From assembly GCF_004010195.1 (NCBI RefSeq), contig NC_057751.1, positions 14,503,659 through 14,536,988 of the forward strand: a stretch of 33,330 bases of DNA, read 5' to 3'. Positions 1 to 11,619 of the stretch are shown here, piece by piece (the first letter of the stretch is position 1; each line of letters begins with the position of its first letter). The notes below the pieces were generated by a model that saw nothing but the letters and a program-made list of their open reading frames with translations, searched no databases and was not told the DNA's origin. Position numbers and translations under genes: made by a program. This DNA comes from Chiloscyllium plagiosum. Its lineage: Eukaryota.

Positions 1-65
1 CAACACTGCCAAGGACCTTACCATTAAGTGTATAAGTCCTGCTAAGATTTGCTTTCCCAAAATGC
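1..65 (-). mobile_element. CR1/HER1 LINE fragment running off the window edge
   Basis: Near-identical to about 5148-5211 inside the large CR1 copy (ccattaagtgtataagtcctgctaagatttgctttc). Confidence 0.8.
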
Positions 66-344
66 TATTGATATTTAACATTGTTGGGTAGGTCTTGTAA
101 CAAGTCATTCAAAAGTATGATCATCGTTCAGACTGATAACTGAATTGGGATATGATAAAGATGTTACAAGTTCGCTCACCATTCTGGGCCCATGTTGATA
201 ACCATCTGAAACAGTTACTTCCAACAGGGTAGGCTGCAGTGCTGTCCAATACTCAGGGTACATCCTCAGCGTTTTAAGAATTACTTCACCAGTCAATGCG
301 GTAACTCAATCAGGACTGATCCCAAATGACAGCGTTGTGCAGGG

Positions 345-580
345 AGGAAAGATTCAGGAGAATAGGACTCACACTCAGGACTTCAAAAGAATGAGGTGAC
401 CTCATTGAAATGTGTTCAATTCTTGCCAAGATCGATACAAGGGGCGGAGGGGGAAGAGACAATTTCCCAGGTTGGAGAGTCAGGAGGTCGCGATCATTGT
501 CTCAGGATAAGGGGCCATCCATTTTGGACAGAGATGAAGAAAAAGTGCTTCACTCAGAGGTTTGTGACATTTGGGAGTTC
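345..580 (+). mobile_element. Degraded CR1-type LINE 3' ORF2 fragment
   Basis: gaatgaggtgacctcattgaaa...ttcactcagagg resembles the RGDLIE...FFTQRVV region of other CR1 copies in the window. Confidence 0.6.
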
Positions 581-621
581 GCCAACCCAGACAGCTGCGA
601 TGTCCATGCATGTCTGTGGGG

Positions 622-980
622 AGGGAGGTGATGGCCTCGTGGTATTTAATTGCTGGACTGTTAACCCAGGGATCCAGGTCATGTTTTGGGGATCCAGGTT
701 CGAATCCAGCCAGAGCAGGTGATGGAATTTGAATTGAACAGGGAGAAATCTGGAATTAAGAGCCTAATGCTGGCCATGGACGCAATGTTGACTGTTAGAA
801 GAAGCCATCTGTTTCACTTCGATCGTTCAGGGAAGGAAACTGCCATCCTTATCTGGTCTGGCCAACATGTGACTCCAAACGCATGTCAATGTGGTTGACC
901 TCGAACTGCCCTCTGGGGCAATGAGGGATACCCTCGCCAGCAATCCCCTCATCCCGTGAACGAATGAGGGGAAAAAAAAA
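622..980 (+). mobile_element. tRNA-derived SINE, second family (not HE1), with A-rich tail
   Basis: A-box-like tggcctcgtggt, B-box ggttcgaatcc, 3' gccagcaatcccctcatcccgtgaacgaatga followed by an A run; a reverse-strand copy lies at 16675-16975. Confidence 0.7.
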
Positions 981-1339
981 GTCTACAAGAGTATTCAAGA
1001 CTGGGATTGACATGTTCCTTTGGACATTAAGAGAAGGTAAGGATCTGAGGAGCAGGAGGTAGTGTTGATCTGAGTGAATGGCGTAGGAGGTGTCCCCATT
1101 TCCAACGAGGATGGTGGTCAAACAATGAAACCGGTGAAAATGCAGGACAGTATCAGCCACTCACTCTCATTGTAGTCTCAGTGAGGTCGATGTGTCGACT
1201 GGAATCACAGACTTATGCAGCAACCCTGTGCGTTTGAGTGATGGGGTGTGGGCTCTGTGTCAGATCGAATCATCTTGTCCACAGCTGATGTCAATAACCT
1301 TCTAGCCTTGAGCGCTTAATCAGTTCTCCTTTCCTGCAG

Positions 1340-1519
1340 TGTTATAAGTGCATGAAGGACCAGTATCCCTTGATGGAGCTCAGCCTGCAGGGATCCCGGG
1401 TCACGTACAAGTTTAAACGCAGTAAGAAGATACAGCACGAGCTTAAGATTACCACAGCGAGTAATGAGACTCTGGTGCTTGGCCTGCAGAGTCGTGAGCA
1501 GACTGAGGACTGGCGGAAG
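1340..1519 (+). CDS. AFAP1-family gene, internal exon A (C-terminal part of PH1)
   Basis: Acceptor ttctcctttcctgcag|, donor AAG|gtttgg; 180 nt, phase 0-0. CYKCMKDQYPLMELSLQGSRVTYKFKRSKKIQHELKITTASNETLVLGLQSREQTEDWRK matches the AFAP PH1 pattern (CYK..KD..P.MEL.LQG...KK..HELKIT....LVL.VQS.EQ.E.W.K). Confidence 0.93.
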
Positions 1520-1999
1520 GTTTGGAGGTGTTAACACCAGAAATTTAACTCAGCGACTAACTTGTACAGTAACCCTGTTTATAAATGACTCAACACTAGA
1601 ATGACCTTCATTACAAGTCACTAACCAGTATAGGGATTGTGGGTATAGCTGGTGAACAACTAAACCTTGTTATGGGTGACTAACCGGTACATTAATCCTT
1701 GTTGCGGGCACTAACAAGAACACTAACGGTGATCTATGTTATCGGGTACAAAGTGGTGTAGTAACTATGGTTCGGGGAGCTTGTTGGTACAATCTCCATC
1801 ATTAGGAATGACTCCCTGTGACATTACCTCATTTTATTGGTTTACAAACTTGTACAACAACAGCATTTAGGTGGATTCACTGATATTGACAGCACCCATT
1901 GCGACTAATTCTTACTGTATGCCTTGTTCCAGGGAATGAAGCATTACAGTACCCCTTGGTCACTGGTAGTTTGGCCTGAGAGCATCTGCTTTAGAGTAT

Positions 2000-2478
2000 G
2001 GTTGGTACTGTGTCTCAGTGGTTAGCACTGCTGCCTCACAGCACCAGGAACCTGGGATCGATTCCGCCCTCGGGTGACTGTCTGTGTGGAGTTTGCAACT
2101 TCTCCCCGTGTCTGCGTGGGTTCCCACAGCTTGGTCTGGTTTCCTCCCACAGTCCAAAGACGGGCAGGTTAAACAGATTAGATGAAGGGCTGATCATCTA
2201 ACTCTCCTGCTCCTCAGATGCTGCCTGACTTGCTGTGTTTTTCGAGCGCCACACTTTTCGACTCTGACCTCCAGCATCTGCAATCCTGACTTTCTTCCAG
2301 GTTAGGTGGATTGGGCATGCTGAATTGTCCATCATGTCCTGGGATGTCAGCCATTGGAAATGCAGGGTTATGGTGACACGGTGAGGGAGCAGGTCTGGGT
2401 GGGATGATCTCTGGAGAATTGATGTGGAATCGATGGGCCAAATGGTCTGTTTCCACACTGTGGGGATTCTATGATTCA
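2000..2478 (+). mobile_element. HE1-type V-SINE, interrupted by a Penelope pLTR fragment
   Basis: tRNA head ctcagtggttagcactgctgcctcacag, V-domain tgtctgtgtggagtttgca...ttctccccgtgtctgcgtggg, CR1-like tail ctgtttccacactgt. Confidence 0.85.
2180..2297 (+). mobile_element. Penelope-like pLTR fragment inserted in the HE1 SINE
   Basis: gatgaagggct...ctcctgctcctcagatgctgcctgacttgctgtg...ccagcatctgc matches pLTRs at 13500-13610 and 25903-25990; flanked by caggtta (2165-2171, 2298-2304). Confidence 0.78.
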
Positions 2479-2977
2479 GAAGCCTGTCTGGCTCATGATA
2501 AAATACACAAGCATGGGTTTAACTCTGATACACATGATCGAATGGAGTTAGTTTGAACAGCCTCCTTCGAGTGTTCCAAAAAGAAGGAGAAGCATGTGTC
2601 AGGTCATAAATTTGTCTTGTGGGACGATCGGGGACATGAATCAAATTTTACGCTAAACGTTGCTTAATTGCAGAGTGGAAGGGCACTGTTGCATACAGGA
2701 GTGAGGTGTAGAGGCCAGAAACTGGCCAGTTTTGTTTCCCAGGTCTCTCAGAGTTAGTTGTACCCTTCAGCCTTGGGTTAGTGGTCGGGCAGTTGTTGGT
2801 GACACTCTCCTATTCCTTGCAGGAAGAGGGGGACTGTGGTAGGAGCGAGCTGTAACTGGAGTTATCTGGCGGGGGGAGGGGGGAATCAAAACAACAATGC
2901 CAGTGAGAAACGATTTGGTCTGAAACAATTCTGGACTCATCTTGGGTCCCATAATGCAGAGCTTTTACTGTCTTTAG

Positions 2978-3070
2978 GTCGTTGAAGAGGTGAGCAGTAT
3001 GTCTTCCCGAACATCATCATGGAATTCATCACAGACGCCAGGGACGGACAGTCAATGTGTCGCAAGCAAA
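2978..3070 (+). CDS. AFAP1-family gene, exon B (end of PH1, Ser-rich linker)
   Basis: ttttactgtctttag|GTC...AAA|gtaagt; 93 nt, phase 0-0; VVEEVSSMSSRTSSWNSSQTPGTDSQCVASK continues the PH1 helix (cf. VIKE in AFAP1). Confidence 0.88.
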
Positions 3071-3505
3071 GTAAGTCAAAACATACCGCTCAATGTTCAC
3101 CCCAGAGGCACCAACATTTTGGTCGAGACAGGTTGGGCCAAGTGGGCTAATCCGACGATGAACATTCTATGTCAAGAGCTAGTCTGCCAAGCTTGGGAAA
3201 GGAAGGTAAGGGGAATCCCTTTGCGTGTCGATCCAACACCAAGAGGAATAAGGAGGCCAAGGTAAAGGTCAGGGGTCAGAGGGATTCGATTCAAAGAGAA
3301 AGTTGTACGCCTGCTGTGGACATGAATACACACAAAGTTCGACCCACAACTGAAGTTTTTCAGGTTGAAATGAATTTCCCACCACGTACTTAGACTAGCA
3401 TGTGACTCGTGACATTTGTATGACCTGTCATGGCCTCTGAACTAACAAGAATGCTTTGCCAAGGGAGCCATGTTTTCTGAAATAATGTGCTTTGCTTTCC
3501 CACAG

Positions 3506-3590
3506 TCAGCACTGAGGGGCAGTCGAGGTTCCGAACTGGAGAGACCCCCAGGTGAAGTGCTCGCTGACAACCCAGCCACTCGAGACACAG
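3506..3590 (+). CDS. AFAP1-family gene, exon C (inter-PH linker)
   Basis: tttgctttcccacag|TCA...ACAG|gtgagg; 85 nt, phase 0-1; SALRGSRGSELERPPGEVLADNPATRDT. It supplies the phase-1 G that exon D requires. Confidence 0.82.
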
Positions 3591-3834
3591 GTGAGGCCTC
3601 ACTCTATGACCTCCATTCCCTCAGGAGTTGTTACTGTCTGTCTCGCCAACTGCTCTGATCTCAAACACTGGACTTCAGGCTCCAAGCTGGACTCAAGAGT
3701 GTAGCCTATGTCTTTTCATTTAGTGCCCAGCCCAAACCCTCATGCCCACCACCCACATGGCATCCATACCCAGATCCTTTGTGTAAAGTACAGGCATGGT
3801 AGCAAAAGCATAGTTTTGTTCGAACAAAACGTGG

Positions 3835-4185
3835 GGATTTTTTGAAATCATGAGGGGCTTAGATTGAGTGAATAGCAAAGACCATCTCCTGAAGGGTAAA
3901 GAAATGTCAAACTAAAAGATAGATTTTTACAGCGAGGGGAGAAAGATTTGAAGGGGACTCAAGGGGCAACCTTTTCACACTGAGGGCATTGTATGTGAAT
4001 TGTTCTGCCAGAGGAAGTGGTCGAGTGGAACGTTTTCAAAGAACTTTGGACAGGCATACAAAGGCGAAGGAGGGATGTGGGCCAATTGCAGGTAAATGGG
4101 ACCAGCTTAGTTTGGGAAACTTGGTCAGCATAGACGAGTTATACTGAAGGGTCTGCTTCCGTGCTGTATGACTCCATGGTTCTAA
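3835..4185 (+). mobile_element. Degraded CR1/HER1 3' end
   Basis: aaatcatgagggg...ggggcaaccttttcacactgaggg...ctgccagaggaagtggt...gaagggtctgcttccgtgctgtatgactc. Confidence 0.75.
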
Positions 4186-4428
4186 TTTGAGATGCTGCTG
4201 GATTTTGTTGAATGAATGCAGGTGTAAGATAAATAGTAGTGGCAGTGATGATCTTAAACCGATTCAGAGAAATGCGTTCCCTTGCTGTATTTATGTCGAT
4301 AATTCTGAAATTGGGAACACAACCACAAACTCTGAAACTGCTTATTTGAAATCTAGCCGACTTACATCGTAAGTATGTTTTAAATGGGAGGTTATCCAGT
4401 TTGGTGGGAGGAAAAGTGCTGCTAAGTA

Positions 4429-6075
4429 CATAGAGTCAGAGAGATGTACAGCACGGAAACAGACCCTTCGGCCCAACCCGTCCATGCCGACGAGATATCC
4501 CAACCCAATCTAGTCCCACCTGCCAGCACCCGGCCCATATCCCTCCAAACCCTTCCTATTCATATACCTATCCAGATGCCTCTTAAATGTTGCAATTGTA
4601 CCAGCCTCCACCACATCCTCTGACAGCTCATTCCATACACGTACCACCCTCTGTGTGAAAACGTTGCCCCTTAGGTCCCTTTTATATCTTTCCCCTCTCA
4701 CCCTAAGCCTATGCCCTCTAGTTCTGGACTCCCCGACCCCAGGGAAAAGACCTTGTCTATTTCTCCTATCCATGCCCCTCATAATTTTGTACATCTCCAT
4801 AAGGTCACCCCTCAGCCTCCGACGCTCAGGGAAACCAGCCCCAGCCTGTTCAGCTTCTTCCTGTAGCTCAAATCCCTCCAACCCTGACAACATTCCCGTA
4901 AATCTTTTCTGAACCCTTTCAAGTTTCGCAACATCTTTCCGATAGGAAGGAGACCAAAGTACATGCAATATTCCAACAGTGGCCTAACCAAAGTCCTGTA
5001 CAGCCGCAACATGACCTCCCAACTTCTGTACTCAATACTGTGACCAATAAAGGAAAGCATACCAAACACCTTCTTCACTATCCTATCTACCTGCGACTCC
5101 ACTTTCAAGGAGCTATGAACCTGTACTCCAAGGCCTCTTTGTTCAGCAACAATCCCCAGGATCTTGCCATTAAGTGTATAAGTCCTGCTAAGATTTGCTT
5201 TCACAAAATGCAGCACCTCACATTTACCTAAATTAAACTCCATTTGCCACTTCTCAGCCCATTGACCCATCTGGTCCATATCCTGTTGTAATCTGAGATA
5301 ACCCTCTTCGCTGTCCACTACACCTCCAATTTTGGTGTCATCTACAAACTTAACTAACTATACCTCTTATGCTCACCTCCAAATCATTCATGTAAATGAC
5401 AAAAAGTAGAGGACCCAGCACCGATCCTTGTGGCACTCCACTGGTCACAGGCCTCCAGTCTGAAAACCCTCCACCACCACCCTCTGTCTTCTACTTTTGA
5501 GCCAGTCCTGAATCCAAATGGCTACTTCTCCCTGTATTCCGTGAGATCTAACCTTGCTCACCAGTCTCCAATGGGGAACCTTGTCGAACACCTTACCGAA
5601 GTCCATATAGATCACATCTACCACTCTGCCTTCATCAATCCTCTTTGTTACTTCTTCAAAAAAACTCAATCAAGTTTGTGAGCCATGATTTCCCTCGCAC
5701 AAAGCCATGTTGACTATCCCTAATCAGTCCTTGCCTTTCCAAATACATGTACATCCTGTCCCTCAGGATTCCCTCCAACAACTTGCCCACCACCAACATC
5801 AGGCTCACTGGTCTATAGTTCCCTGGCTTGTCCTTACCATCTTTCTTAAACAGTGGCACCACGTTAGCCAAGCTCCAGTCTTCCGGCACCTCACCTGTGA
5901 CTATCGATGATACAAATATCTCAGCAAGGGGCCCAGCAATCACTTCCCCAGTGTTCCAAGGTACACCTAATCAGGTCCTGGGGACTTATCCACTTTTATG
6001 CGTTTCAAGGCATCCAGCACTTCCTCCTCTGTAATATGGACATTTTGCAAGATGTCACCATCTATTTTCCTCGAG
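4429..6075 (-). mobile_element. CR1/HER1 LINE, 5'-truncated, frameshifted RT ORF2
   Basis: Minus-strand ORF pieces KSPGPD, PGNYRPVSL, QHGFVRGKS, YMDFGKVFDKVPH, WQMEFN..KC, RPLLEYC, RGDLME, FTQRVVRVWN; the 3' tail is at about 4430. Confidence 0.92.
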
Positions 6076-6660
6076 ATTCCCAAGGATCTGGGTGCCTTGT
6101 TCTTAGGGAGCTGAAAGCCAGTGCAGCAAACGTTATGCTCACCTTTGTTGTGAGGATTTCTGTTCAGGGCAAGGAAGTCTGCCTTCAATTGTACACTGCT
6201 GGGACCGCACCTGGATAATTCTGTGCAGATGTGGTCCCTTGACCTCAGGAGGGAGTGACTTGCTATAGAGGGAGTGCAGCAGAGGTTCATGGGATTGTTC
6301 TCTTAACTAGTCCGACTGTCATCAAAGGAGAGATTGAGGAGACTGGGTCTGTGTTATCCTGAATTTAGAAGGACGAGTGGCAATCTCACAGAACAGCAAT
6401 GTTTGAGAAGATTTGTAGCTCAGGTTGATGCTGAGCTGCAAGCTGGACGTGAGACTCTGATGATGTTACCTCGTCATGGTGACCAAAAGGCTGAAAACAA
6501 ACCTTCCAGCTCAGCAAGCCAACTGACATACGTAATCTCATGGAATCTTACAAAATTCTTCAGAAACAGAAATAATGCTTCCCTGGCTGTGGACTCCAGA
6601 ATCAGGGAACTCAGTCTCAGAGGGAGAAGGAGGCCAATGAGAGGAGGAAGAATTTCTTCA
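6076..6660 (+). mobile_element. Older CR1-type LINE 3' fragment, interrupted at 6394-6533
   Basis: cacctggataattctgtgcag...gagggagtgcagcagaggttca...ttgaggagactgggtctg...gaatttagaagg; its tail probably resumes at about 7980-8125. Confidence 0.65.
6394..6533. mobile_element. Miniature Poseidon-type Penelope pLTR element with degenerate hammerhead
   Basis: ctgatgatgttacc...ggtgaccaaa...ccttccagctcagcaagc matches the end of the 20999-21504 element; inverted gctgagctg/cagctcagc; flanked by aatctcacagaa / aatctcatggaa. Confidence 0.68.
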
Positions 6661-7035
6661 TAGAGTCATACAACATGGAAACAAACCCTTTGGTCCAACT
6701 TGTCCATATGAACCAAATATCCGAACCTAATCTCGTCCCATTTGCCAGCACTTGGCCCATATCCCTCTCAACCTTTCCTATTCATGTCCCCATCCAGATG
6801 CCTTTTAAATGCTGTAATTGTACCAGCCTCCACCACTTCCTCTGGCAGCTCATTCCATACACACATCTGTGTGAAAAAGCTGTCCATTGGGTCCCTTTTA
6901 AATCATTCCCCTCTCACCTTCAACCTATGCCCTCCAGCTCTGGACACCCCTGCCTGGGAGAAAAGAAATTGAATATTCACCCACGCATGCCCCTCATGAT
7001 TTTATAAATCTCTATAAGGTTACTCTTCAGCCTCT
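6659..7035 (-). mobile_element. CR1/HER1 3' end
   Basis: Homologous to 4430-4820 (catagagtcata...ggcccatatccctc...ttcctattcat...). Confidence 0.85.
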
Positions 7036-7980
7036 AATCAGCACAAGTAGATAGGTTGGTGAAAAAGGCATACAGGATGCTTGCCTTTATTAGCTGGGTA
7101 TACAATATGGAGCAATGAGATCTTGTGACAATCTTCTAAAACATTGGTTAGCCCACAGATGGTTGGTTTAGAATAGATTCCCTTCAATATGGAAGCAGTC
7201 CCTTCGGCCCACCAAATCCACAATGACCTTCTGAAGAGTAACCTACCCAGACCCATTCCCCTACCCTAAATTACCCTTGACTAATGCACCTAACACTGTG
7301 GGCAATTTAGCTTGGCCAATTCACCTGACCTGCACATCTTTGGACTGTGGGAGGAAACCGGAGCACCCAGAGGAAGCCCACGCAGACACGGGGAGAATGT
7401 GCAAACTCCACACAGACAGTCACCTGAGGCGGGAATCGAACCCAGGTCCCTGGCGCTGTGAGGCAGCAGTGACCACTGAGTTGCTGGGAAGTGAGTGCAA
7501 TGGAGAAGACGCAGATCAGATTGACCAGAACGTTGCCTGGGATGGAAAATCTCAGTTATGAGGAGAGACTGGATAGGCTGGGTTTGTTTTCCCTGGAGCA
7601 ATGAAAGGATTTGACTTAGACTGACATTATTAAGAGAGACAGAGACAGAGTAGATCATGAGAATCTTTTCCCCATGACAGACGTATCTAAGACCAGAGGA
7701 CAGAAGTTTAAGTTGAGGAGTAAGTGATTCAGAGGAGATCTGAGCAAAAGATTTTTCGCCCAGTGGGTGGTGGAAATGTGAAACATGCTGCCCGAGAGGT
7801 TGGTAAAGACAGATATTCTCCCGGCATTGAAGCAGCATCTGGAAGAGCTCTCAAAAGACCATGGCATAGTCGGCTATGGAACAAGTGCAGGTTAATGGGA
7901 TTATAGTGCAGTTTGGTGTTTATTGGTCAGCAAAGACATGGTGAGTCGAAGGGCCTGTTCCTACATTGTATGACTCTGAC
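7036..7980 (+). mobile_element. CR1-type LINE 3' region, interrupted by HE1 at 7168-7480
   Basis: caagtagataggttggtgaaaaaggcata...ttgaccagaacgttgcctgggatgg...gaagggcctgttcctacattgtatgactctga. Confidence 0.72.
7168..7480 (-). mobile_element. HE1-type V-SINE
   Basis: Reverse complement of the HE1 consensus (tgcacatctttggactgtgggaggaaaccggagcacc...gaatcgaacccaggtccctggcgctgtgaggcagcagtg). Confidence 0.9.
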
Positions 7981-8468
7981 TTGGAGATAGATCTTTGCAA
8001 TATCAGGGAGTGGAGGACGATGAGCCACTGGCAAGACAGAGGAGATGGGGCCTGGGGGAGATCAACTATGATCTTGTTGAATGGTGGCGTCGTCCTGAGG
8101 AGCTAAATGATCGTGCTTATCTAAGTCTTTTTACTTGTCAACACAAGTGAGCCACTGAGATATTAACAGTCGCAAGTCTCCCATTCTCCTCTGAGCTGCA
8201 CAATGTCGGGACATTGAGAACAAACAGATGAGGAAATCACTTGGCCTTTGTTCCTGGATCTTTGGTCAGCTTCTGGCCTGATATCATCACTACATGAGCT
8301 CTTGCACTCCCTTTCCACATCCATTACTTCTTACTTGATGTATCTGTATCGCAAACTGGAGGTTTGAAGTGGTTCCACACTGGAGGACAGGGAACGACAG
8401 ATATGGGGAAGGGGACAGTGATTAGAAACGTGACTCCACACTGACGGCACTCCATCTGATCTGCCCAG

Positions 8469-8680
8469 GTTACCTGAAGGTGCTCGTGAACAGCCACTGG
8501 CAGACTCTGTGGTGTCACATTGAGGACCGAGTGCTGTTGATGTATAAAGATGTCGGCGGAGCCGGGAGGCTGCACTACTCCGTGGACCTGCAAGGTTGTG
8601 AGGTCAGGATGCAGGCTGACAGCACCCACAAGTACAGGCTGACTGTCTCACAGCAGCACAAGGATCTGGCTGTGCTGCAG
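8469..8680 (+). CDS. AFAP1-family gene, exon D (PH2 domain)
   Basis: ctgcccag|GT...CAG|gtaagg; 212 nt, phase 1-0; GYLKVLVNSHWQTLWCHIEDRVLLMYKD...SVDLQGCEV...LAVLQ matches AFAP PH2 (GYL.VL.N..W...WC...L.GCEV...AVLE). Confidence 0.93.
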
Positions 8681-9423
8681 GTAAGGTGCTCCTTTGAATG
8701 GCTTCTTGGGTTCAGTTAGAGTAACGAGTTGTGGGAAAAAAATCTGCCACCCTGCCTACCCATTTGTATGCCCACACAGGAAATCAAACTTGGCCAAACG
8801 ATACCAGAAACTCCCAGAATGCCTCAGCATTGACCAAACAGGCTGACAAGTGAAACCAGAGAGAACCACAGTCACTCGCAGACAAGGGAATACATTTCCC
8901 AAAACACACTAACAATAAGCTTCCCTGGACCCGGTCAACAAAGCTGTCCCAAAGCCCAAGAGCAGTCTGATAACACAGAGATATCAAAGCAACACAAAGG
9001 ATAAGTCAGACGGAGAGGTAGCAGAGGACCTCGCTCCCAGGATAGGAACAATGGAAGCACCTTCCTGTTTCAAAAGAGAACTCTCACCTACCTACAAAGA
9101 GAGCTGGAATCTCCCGATCCCATCAAGAACTGATTGATACTGTCAGGATGTTACTTGCATCAACAATCAGGACACTTTTCTGATAACTCTTTCTCAATTA
9201 TCACCATTGTCACTGGATTACTTAATTTCCAAATACATTGTACCTTTCCCCATTTTAATTCACCTCATTGCACAAGATTCCTATAAAACCTGGCATGATT
9301 CTCAGCTCGGGGAAGAGAATTCCCAACACCTGGACAGACTCTCTGTGCTGCTTCAGCTGAGTCAATTTCTCTTCCACCAGACGAAAAGTTAATTTCACTT
9401 CGATCTGTGTTTTGTGATCTCGA

Positions 9424-9744
9424 GATTAGATTCCCGAAATCTAATGCAAACAGGTCCTTCGGCCCAACAAGTCCATGCCGACCCTCCAAAGAGTAACCCA
9501 ACCAGACCCATTTCCCTGACCCTATATTTAACCCTGACTAATGCACTTAACACTACAGTCAATTTAGCCTGGCCAATTCACCTGACTTGCACATCTTTGG
9601 ACTGTGGGAGGAAACCCAGAGCACCCAGAGGAAACCCACACAGACACAGGGAGAATGTGCAAACTCCACACAGACAGTTGCCCAACGTGGGAATCGAACC
9701 CAGGTCCCTGGTGCTGTGAGGCAGAAGTGGTAACCACTGAGCCA
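9424..9744 (-). mobile_element. HE1-type V-SINE
   Basis: Same body as 7168-7480 with a gattagatt tail. Confidence 0.9.
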
Positions 9745-9927
9745 ATTTCTCCGACACGTGTGGAGCTATCTTCACCTATCATCCCAATCCTCAACCAAGC
9801 TGCAGGACTGGTCACTGTGTAGACATTGATGGCAGGCAGAGAGGCCAGATGCTTTGTCTACCATCCCATGATTCCCCCCTTCTTACTGGCAGCTCTTCAA
9901 TGACCGACTGCAGCCCGGTTACGTCAC

Positions 9928-10830
9928 AACATAAGAAACAGGAGCAGGAGTTATCTGGCCCCTTGGGGCTGTCTGATCATGGCTAATCTTTTTGTGGACT
10001 CAGCTCCACTTACCCATTTGCTCACCATCACTCTGATTTCCTTCACTGTTCAAACATCTCTCCCTCTTTGCCTTAAAACCATTCACTGAGGAAGCCTCAA
10101 ATGCATCGCTGTGCGGAGAATTCCACAGATTCACGACCCTCTGAGTGAAGAAATCCCTTCTCAACTCCTAAAGCTGCTTCCCCTTATTTTGAGACTACAT
10201 CCCCTAGTTCGTGTTTTACCCACCAATGGAAACAACCTCCCTGCTTCTATCTTATCGAGTCCCTTCATCTTTTTATATGTTTCTATCAGATACCCTCTCC
10301 TCCCCATTCTTCTAAATTCCAATGGATACAGTTCCAGTCTGTTCAGTCTCTCCTTATAAGCCAACTCTCTCAATTCCAGGATCGTGAACCTCCTCTGCAA
10401 ACCTTCCAGTGCATTCTGTCTCAAGTAAGGAGACCAAAAATGTACACAGTCCTCTAGGTGTGGCCTCACCAGCACCCTCTACAAATGCAGCGCAACCTCC
10501 CTGTTTTAAACTCCATTTCTCTAGCAACGAAGGACACTTGCCTTCTTACTTACCAGCTGCACTTGCAAACCAACTTTTTGTGATTCATGCACAAGAACAG
10601 CCAGGTCCCTCTGCACAGCAGCACGCTGCAATGTCCCACCATCTATTCTTTCCAAAACGGATGACCTGACAGTTACCAGCATTGTTCTCCATCTTCCAGG
10701 CCCTTGCCCACTCACTTAACCTATCTATGTCCTTCTGCAGCCTTTCCGTGTCATCTGCACACTTTGCCCTCCCACTCATCTGCAAATTTTAACACACTTG
10801 GTCCCCAACTCTGAATTGTAAATTGCTACA
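9928..10830 (-). mobile_element. CR1-type LINE 3' portion, decayed
   Basis: Minus-strand peptides ADDTERLQKDIDRLSEWA, LVRPHLEDCVHFWSPY, LFPLVGKTRTRG. Confidence 0.85.
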
Positions 10831-10923
10831 AATATTCCAACGTTATAGTGTTGGACAGGCTGTTTTAACTGGACAGACTGTGTTGGATTGGATAGTGAAG
10901 CTCAATTCAGTGTTCTCTCACAG

Positions 10924-11066
10924 ACTAGCTCGCCAGAGGACAGAGATCGATGGCTCAGCCTCCTGCAGGCAGGGTGTGGCATGAACACAGAACCCGCTCA
11001 CCTGTACGAAGACACTGTCCTGCCGAGTGGAACTGATGTAGCTCCAAGGGATGGAAACCAAGTCAG
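10924..11066 (+). CDS. AFAP1-family gene, exon E (end of PH2, Tyr motif)
   Basis: ttctctcacag|ACT...AG|gtcagc; 143 nt, phase 0-2; TSSPEDRDRWLSLLQAGCGMNTEPAHLYEDT... (cf. ASSSEDMGRWIGILLAETG..TDPEALHYDY in AFAP1). Confidence 0.9.
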
Positions 11067-11619
11067 GTCAGCCATCTTTCTCTCATTTCCACCTAGATTG
11101 CTGCTCAGTCTTAGTACGGATTGTTTGCAATTTTTCCCCGAGATTTCTGGGTCATATTTTGCGCTTCTTTTCTGCCTGACACTTGCAGTGTGACATGTGG
11201 GACCAGAACTCTGTCCCTGTGACTAAAGACCACCCTAGTATTCCTGTGCTCTGACACTTGCTTAGCCCGACAGGAGGTCTTTGCAACCTCCAATAAGTTT
11301 TGGACTGGGTGAACAGAATGGACAACTAAACTAACAAAACGTGAAAAACTCAGTCACTAGTTGCGAAGTTCCATGTTTCAGTCACAGAATAGTTCTAACA
11401 TTCCAAATTCATGACAATACAAAAGTTTTGCCAGCAAGGTAACATTCTTAGATTAACTGTATGGACAGTGGATTTCAAGGTAGGCATGTGTGATCTACTT
11501 TGAATTAAAAATGAATAAAACAGGATCCGGTGTGAAATGGTGAGAAGTCAGAAACAGTGTGGATTCAAAGTGACTTGATAGTCCAGGTAGATACACGAGT
11601 AAAACATGATAAACACGTC

